DNA of 28,038 nt, from contig JBHGNT010000404.1 in assembly GCA_043228905.1 (NCBI GenBank), positions 1 through 28,038 of the forward strand, read 5' to 3'. How positions within the stretch are numbered: position 1 is the stretch's first letter; each line of letters opens with the position of its first letter. A program made the position numbers and the translations under genes. The stretch is from Azolla caroliniana. Taxonomy: Eukaryota; Plantae; Polypodiophyta. The notes below the pieces were generated by a model. That model was given only the letters and a program-made list of their open reading frames with translations. It searched no databases and was not told where the DNA came from. Positions 22,169 through 28,038 of the stretch are shown one piece after another.

Positions 22169-23294
22169 TCTTCTTCTAACTGACTAAGGACATCAAATTT
22201 GTTCGCTAGATCTGGGCTATTAGTACTATTAGGACTATCAGATATCCCTATTGAAATAGGCTCGGGTTTAGTACAATTAGAACTAGCGACTATTTGGTTT
22301 ACCTGTCTTCTTGGCCTATGGGGGCAATTTATTGCAATATGTCCTAGTCCACCGCAGTAAAGACATAGTCGATTTGTACAGCGTCGCTGCTTTTCTTCTT
22401 CGGATAATGGCCCTCGACGATGTGTAGTGTCAATCTCCATCGGAGTCGGAGTATTCGCTGGAGGCGCATTATATGACTCCCTCGGAAAAGGTCTTGCTAC
22501 CACTGAGGCGTAGGTGGGCTCTGATCTTGCCCTCGGCATCTGTAGCTGTCATTCCGAACATCGCTCAAAGAGGTGGTTGTCACATCTCACCGCGCGACTG
22601 ATTGCTTCTGTTAAGGACTTTGGCTCTTCGGGGAAGGTCAAGAGTAAATCCTTGACGTCGTTGCGTAAACCATAACGGAATTGCTCCATCAATGCTTGAT
22701 CATGGTGCCGAGTAGGCGAAAATCTGCAGCGTATGCGGAGGCTGGACGGTCACCTTGGCGTAATCGCCGAATTTTGTTGATTGCGGTCCTAATGCTGTCA
22801 GTATCTCCGAAACATGCTTTAAACTCACCTAGAAACTCTTCAAAATTGTTGAGTAACGGAGATTCCTTTTCTAATAGTGGAGCGAACCATGCCAACGCTG
22901 AGCCACTTAACAAAGTGCCTACTAAACCCACTCGTGATGCATCAGTGGGATATCGGGAAGGATGCAATTGAATAACTAATCGTACTTGGTTAAGGAACCC
23001 TCTAAATTGCGATCGCGTTCCATCGAACTTCGTGGGAAGGCCAATCTTGGGTTCTTTATGAATCCCTTGTGTTCCGGGCCCTTGTTGTTGCATCGCTACG
23101 ATGGTTGCTTCGAGTTGTTGCACGCGTAACGCAAGTTCCCCATGCTGTTGTTGCGTTTGTTGCTTTTCTAAGGAGATTTGCTGAAGATCCCCCAGCAACC
23201 GTTGGTTTTCTTGTTCCAAAGCATGGAACTTCTCTTTCAAGCATTGAAATTCCGAGAAAACAGATTGATATTCTTCAGCGCTAACAGTGGCCAT
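22156..23294 (-). pseudogene. gag: Outer chromovirus gag (PEG10/sushi-like capsid + CCHC), with a frameshift near 22700 and a stop near 22550
   Basis: EPKIGLPTKFDGTRSQFRGFLNQ...LSGSALAWF...LRQGDRPASAYAADFR; then QFRYGLRNDVKD, PTPMEID and CLYCGGLGHIAINC. Confidence 0.9.
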
Positions 23295-23353
23295 GGGATG
23301 AAAGAAAAGAGGAATAAGAGATTAGTAGGAAATGAGAGAGACAGAAGGTAGGG

Positions 23354-23365
23354 AAATTGGTTCAA
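23354..23365 (-). other. Non-tRNA (self-priming type) PBS of outer chromovirus
   Basis: Minus strand TTGAACCAATTT, 2 nt after the 5' LTR, is complementary to AAATTGGTTCAA in the LTR (23586-23575), 33 nt downstream of TATAAAA. Confidence 0.75.
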
Positions 23366-23367
23366 AC

Positions 23368-23803
23368 TGTCAAGAACAGTACTAAGACAGAGAAGGAGAT
23401 AGTACTAAATGAAGGATTAGTACTATGAGAGGTGTAGAACTTCTTTGAGAGAAGGAAGAAGTGAGCGAGACGGAGAGAAAGAGAGAGATCGAGCGAGGGA
23501 GAGAGTGATGATAAGAAAGATATGTATTATGTGAAGAGAATATACAATGGTGGCTAAAAGGCTTAAGACTAGCGTTGAACCAATTTGGTTCAACATAATG
23601 CCTAGTGCCCTCTTTTATAGTGTTTTCAGTAGTAATCCTGAAGCTTCTAGAATGTTCCAAAGAAATCTGGAATATACATTAATTTCCTATAATAAAATGA
23701 AAATGAAAATAATATCGTATGTATTACAATAGATGATATAATGGTCAAGAGCTCGACCCATATAACTTAAGGTCATGGGTTCGAATCTTGCCATATCATG
23801 ACA
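23368..23803 (-). repeat. 5' LTR of outer chromovirus (436 bp)
   Basis: Direct repeat of 8250-8684; minus-strand TATAAAA at 23619-23613; palindrome GTTGAACCAA-T-TTGGTTCAAC at 23574-23594. Confidence 0.95.
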
Positions 23804-24391
23804 TCTACAAGGTCACATATCATTATATTCGCAATTTGAATTGGTGTGTAGGTTGGCATCGAGTTTAGAGTTATAGTATTATTTAGATTTAGAGAAGGGT
23901 TCTATACTTTGTTGTAAGTTAGTCATGCTGGTGTTTTCTTGACACCACAATCACCAAAGTTCTTCGTAAGTGGGCTCCTAGTTTCAATGAAGTAAATCTT
24001 ACCATTTTTCCGATAGACCAAGTCTCAATTTTTCATGTCTTTATATTCCTCACAATCATGTAATTGATGTTCGAGACTATCACACCAAATGCATCGAGGT
24101 CGAAATGGTTCCCTTGACCTTGAAGTCTAACCATTCTCTAGCTTTTCCATTTTAATTGTTAAATCTTTCATATTTTGAACTAAATCATCAAGCAAGGCTC
24201 ACTCGTAGTTCTAGTCATTTCTCGTGGTTGATGCACCCTTTCGTGTGATGGTTCTCGACCAAGTCTTTGAATTTTGATGTTTTGATAAAGCTGATTCATG
24301 ATTACCACATGTGTTATTTGTAGCATTGTACCATTCCTTTGCATTCTTTTCATAAATTTATAACAAGAATTTGTTACCTCATTCCAATATG

Positions 24392-25328
24392 TGTTACCGT
24401 ACGAGATGTATGGGTGATTGATAAGTGAGGGTGAAAGATGTAATGTGTTGTGTTGTCTGCCGGAATAGTAACCGACGGACAAGAGCGTAGGAATAAGAAA
24501 TAATATAAGATCATAACGCATGTAACGGTTCACGCAGGAAGCGTGAACGGCTAGATAGACCCTGCGTATATAAAGGGTAGAAAACCTCTGATAGAGGGAG
24601 GGTGTAATTTTGGGAATGTAAAGAAACGTCTCATAATAGAATTCTATCTTCTCTGATTTTCTGTGTATAGCTATGGCTAATCCACTGTGTGTGTCTTGAA
24701 TACCTGAGCGTGTAAGAACGTAAGTGTAACCCTTGCTAAGGATTCGGTTGTAGCCGTCTCCCTTATACACTGATAGGTTACAGGGAACATTCCCCTACGC
24801 ATTACGCTTAGACGCCTATTCGTTGTTCCACACCCACTCGGGGGTCTAGGTCGAAGGACTGACCGTGGACCGTGTTCCTAATCGGCAACATGTTGATATG
24901 TATGTGTAATCTTATACGATTATGAGTGTGAATGTAAGTGTGAGTGTGGTGGATACAAAGAGGTGTGAGTGAGTAACTAGGTGTGAATGCCCAAGGGGCT
25001 TGCACCCTTGTGTATCTTCCCTTTTGTACCTATTTAACCCATTATGGGGAATGAATGAATACAACAATAATTGTTTCTCTCTCAATCTCTCTCTTGTCAT
25101 CTCTCTCTCCCTCTCTCTCTTCCCTCCCCTTAACGTTGAACCCCCTTGGGAGGGGGGTGGAGCCATTCTAGGCACCACCCCCCACGTCGCAATGCTTCTC
25201 AATGCTTGTCAACATCTTCATGATCTCTCTCACCATCATACTCTCCATCATCTTCATTATTACACCATGTCTATCTTCTTCATCGATAATCATCATTACC
25301 ATTAACCCTAACTGTAAAACCTATAACA
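24392..25328. mobile_element. Solo LTR (about 492 bp net of the nested insert)
   Basis: Termini TGTTA...TAACA flanked by TSD ATATG (24387-24391 / 25329-25333); removal restores the gag frame. Confidence 0.75.
24451..24890 (+). mobile_element. Solo LTR (440 bp) nested in the previous solo LTR
   Basis: Termini TGTTGTC...GGCAACA, TSD TGTTG (24446-24450 / 24891-24895), TATATAAA at 24567-24574. Confidence 0.78.
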
Positions 25329-25699
25329 ATATGCAGTTATACCATCGTTGGTATTTGGTACCTCAAGCATTAGTTCCAACTCTTTTCTATATCTCTTGTC
25401 AACTGCCTACAAAAATAAAACAACCTTTTCCCAAGACAAAGAATTTCTTTCTTCTAGCATTAAATGTCCATACAATCTATCAAACTCTTTTTTCATGTTA
25501 GCCACAGATAATCCTTTATCTTCTTCTAAGACCCATTCATGGAATGAATGCATAGTAACTCGAGAGAAATTTTCACGAGCATATTCAGACATTGAATGCA
25601 TTCCAATCCGAATTATGCAATGTTTGTATTTCACGAATTCTATCTCTTAATTCCATGTCCACTAATTTATAAAAGTTTGCTATCATATTACATCATTCA

Positions 25700-26351
25700 T
25701 GTTGAGAAATGAATCGTTAATCCACAAGAAGAATACGTTGAGAATACACAACTCGACGCACACACAAAACAATGCACATAGATTTTATGTTGAAACCCTG
25801 AATAAGGGAAAAAACCACGGGAACAGAGCTTCACTATACAGTGAATATACAAATGGAGAAGATTACAACACTCTCTATGGAGTGTATCACCCTCACAGGG
25901 CTCTTGGCGCCTTTTGTTTTACACATACACCTATCGCGCTGCTCTCTCAATGTTCTTCCTCTCACTTGTACACATTGTTGTCACGCTCTACGTTTGCCCT
26001 AGATGAAATTATAATCATACATCATATGGGCTATTTACAACTGTACATCACTACTACTATTATCTATAATAGTAAGTAGCCATCAGCCGACTCTAGTGTC
26101 GACTGTCCAGTCGGTTCGACTAGTCGGCTTGGTCATCGACCATCCGGTCGGCGCGACTAGTCGGTCATGTCTTCGACCTGGATCTCCTTCCTATCGAGTC
26201 ACCCAGTCAACTCTCATAGTCAACTTTCTCATAGTCAACTCTTCAACCATCGGCACACCATCCGGATAGTTAGATCCTCCTTGTCTTCAATTATCAACAC
26301 TTCTTGGCCCAAACAGTAGGCTCCTCCCACTAGAGGGACATATTCCCAACA
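25700..26351 (-). repeat. 3' LTR of Copia element (652 bp)
   Basis: TGTTG...CAACA termini next to the PPT; internal short repeats (AGTCAACT-CTCAT, GACTAGTCGG). The partner LTR is outside the window. Confidence 0.8.
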
Positions 26352-26361
26352 AACTCCCCCT

Positions 26362-28038
26362 TCACTCCGGTGGGTGGGAGTTGTTTAGTCCTTTCTTCTG
26401 CCGACAGACTTTGAGTCTGGCCAATGGTAGGTTCTTCGTGAGCATGTCGGATCCATTGTCATCGGTATGGATCTTCACGAGGGGAAACTCTCCTTCATCT
26501 ACCTTCTCTCGCAACCAGTGTTACCTCCTTTGTATATGCTTGGTCTGAGAGTGGTATGTAGCGTTCTTTGCAAGATGTATGACACTTTGATTATCAGAGT
26601 GAAACAAGAATTCTTCTTGCTTCATCCCGAGTTCAGTGAGGAAGCTCTTCATCCAAATCAGCTCCTTGCCGGTCTCTACCATTGCCATATACTCTGCCTC
26701 TGTGGTCGACAAGGCCATAGACATCTGCGGTTGTGACTGCCATGACACTGGTCCGCCTGCATAGGTCATCATGTACCTTGACGTGGATTGGCTCGAGCCT
26801 GCATCCCTTGACATATCTGAATCGGTAAACCCTTCGAGCATGGGTTTTCCGACACCATACCTTAGGCATACCCCCGAGCTGCCTTTTAAGTACCTGCATA
26901 TCCACTTCACTACTGCCCTGTGTTCTCGTCCTGGATTACTCATATATCGGCATACTGTTCCCACAACAAATGCTATATCTGGTCTCGTGCAGACCATAGC
27001 ATACATTAAACTGCCGACGGTTGAGGCATATGGTTCTTTCTTCATCTCAACCTTTTCTTTCTCCCCTCTTGAGCCGACCGGCTTTGCTTCTGACATGTTG
27101 AACCTCTCTAGGATCTTTGTCACATACTGTCTTAGTTCTATCTCGAACTATGTGCATCCCTAAGATTTGTTTAGCCGGTCCAAGTTCTTTCATGGCAAAC
27201 GATTTGCCTAGGGCTTTCTTCAAGCTCCCGATCTTCCTTGTATCTTGACCGACTATCAACATGTCATCTACATATAATAATAGAATAAAGAAGTCACCTT
27301 CGTCATACCTTTTGAGGAACACACAATGATCTTCCTATGTTTTTTGGAACCCATGTTCCACCATGAAGGATTCAAACTTCTTGTACCATTGGCATGGAGC
27401 TTGTTTCAGACCATTAAAGCTTTTCTTCAGTCGACACACCAGGTTCTCTTTCCCTTTCTCCTCAAAGCCTTAGGGTTATTGCATGTAGATCTCTTCATCC
27501 AGTTCCCCATGGAAGAATGTTGTCTTGACATCCAACTGTTTGATCTCTAGGTTCATGCTGGCAGACATGCTCAGAACAGTTCGGATGGATGTCATCTTCA
27601 TCACTGGTGCGAATATCTCATCGAAGTCGAAACCCTTTTTCTATTGGAACCCCTTCACCACTATGTGGGCTTTATACCTAGGCGCACTGTCGACTTCTCC
27701 AGTCTTCACCTTATAGAACCATTTGTTCCTGAGTGCTCTCTTACCTTTCGATAATTCTACCAGGTTGCAGGTGTAGTTTGCATGCAAGGAGTCCATTTCG
27801 TCTTGCATTGCACTCAGCCATCTTTCTCTGTGCTTGTCGGTAATGGCTTTGTCATAGCACTCTAGTCACCTTCATCATTCAAGAGGATGTATTGACTAGC
27901 ATATGTTGTCGGTGCTCTTTTCTCCCTGAGAGGATATCTCCTTCCATTCTTCGTTGGCACCAGCTCGGATGTCTTTGCCAACTCTTCTCTTGGCTCGGGT
28001 TCATTCATGTCGATCGGTTGTCAGATGTTCACTAACTT
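26362..28038 (-). pseudogene. pol: Copia pol: RT and RNase H (Tork/Tnt1-like), with frameshifts and small deletions
   Basis: QLDVKTTFFHG, KSFNGLKQAPCQWY, LLYVDDML (27263-27274), TRPDIAF, GFTDSD, TTEAEYMA, SDNQSVIHLAKN, NGSDMLTK. Confidence 0.92.

Larger units (their letters stand above)
8250..23803 (-). mobile_element. Ty3/Gypsy chromovirus LTR retrotransposon (Tcn1/Tf1-sushi-like), full length, decayed, interrupted by a nested element at 11807-21696
   Basis: TG...CA LTRs at 8250-8684 and 23368-23803; 5-bp TSD TCTAC (8245-8249 / 23804-23808); gag-PR-RT-RH-INT-chromodomain order on the minus strand. Confidence 0.95.
23935..25699 (-). pseudogene. gag: Old Ty3/Gypsy-type gag remnant, interrupted by nested solo LTRs and truncated by the Copia insertion
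   Basis: Minus strand VDMELRDRIREIQ...FHEWV...KEFDRLYGHL...EKVVLFL*AVDKRYRKELELMLE...DGITAY|WNEV joins in frame after removing 24392-25333. It then reads MKDLTIKMEKLE and the zinc knuckle CIWCDSLEHQLHDC (24093-24052). Confidence 0.75.
25700..28038 (-). mobile_element. Ty1/Copia LTR retrotransposon, 3' half (runs off the window), decayed
   Basis: 3' LTR TGTTG...CAACA at 25700-26351, PPT GGAGTGAAGGGGGAGTT at 26368-26352, with RT/RNase H upstream. Confidence 0.9.

Noticed and set aside
24180-24770. 196-aa minus-strand ORF
   Set aside because: Chimeric frame running through solo-LTR sequence into the gag remnant; not a gene.

Overview
Eukaryotic, plant-type window (the TE families suggest a non-seed plant such as a fern, lycophyte or bryophyte; inference) with one host gene, an intronless SAUR-family gene at 2357-2860, and a nested retrotransposon cluster. 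A decayed minus-strand chromovirus (Ty3/Gypsy, 8250-23803, TSD TCTAC, LTRs ~96-97% identical) is split between protease and RT by a very young plus-strand non-chromovirus Ty3/Gypsy element (11807-21696, TSD ACCCT, LTRs 419/420 identical) that carries gag-pol plus a ~900-aa extra ORF. Further right are an old gypsy gag remnant interrupted by two nested solo LTRs and the 3' half of a decayed Ty1/Copia element; LINE and Copia remnants lie at 3.8-8.2 kb. The strongest lead is that the young inner element has no polypurine tract next to its 3' LTR. It has a sense copy of a tRNA-Arg-like 3' end ending in CCA there, i.e. a second, inverted primer-binding site, which suggests tRNA priming of both DNA strands. 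The outer element lacks a tRNA PBS, shows a Tf1-type self-priming signature, and has a -1 frameshift/pseudoknot at gag-pol. All alignments were done by eye; no database searches were run.
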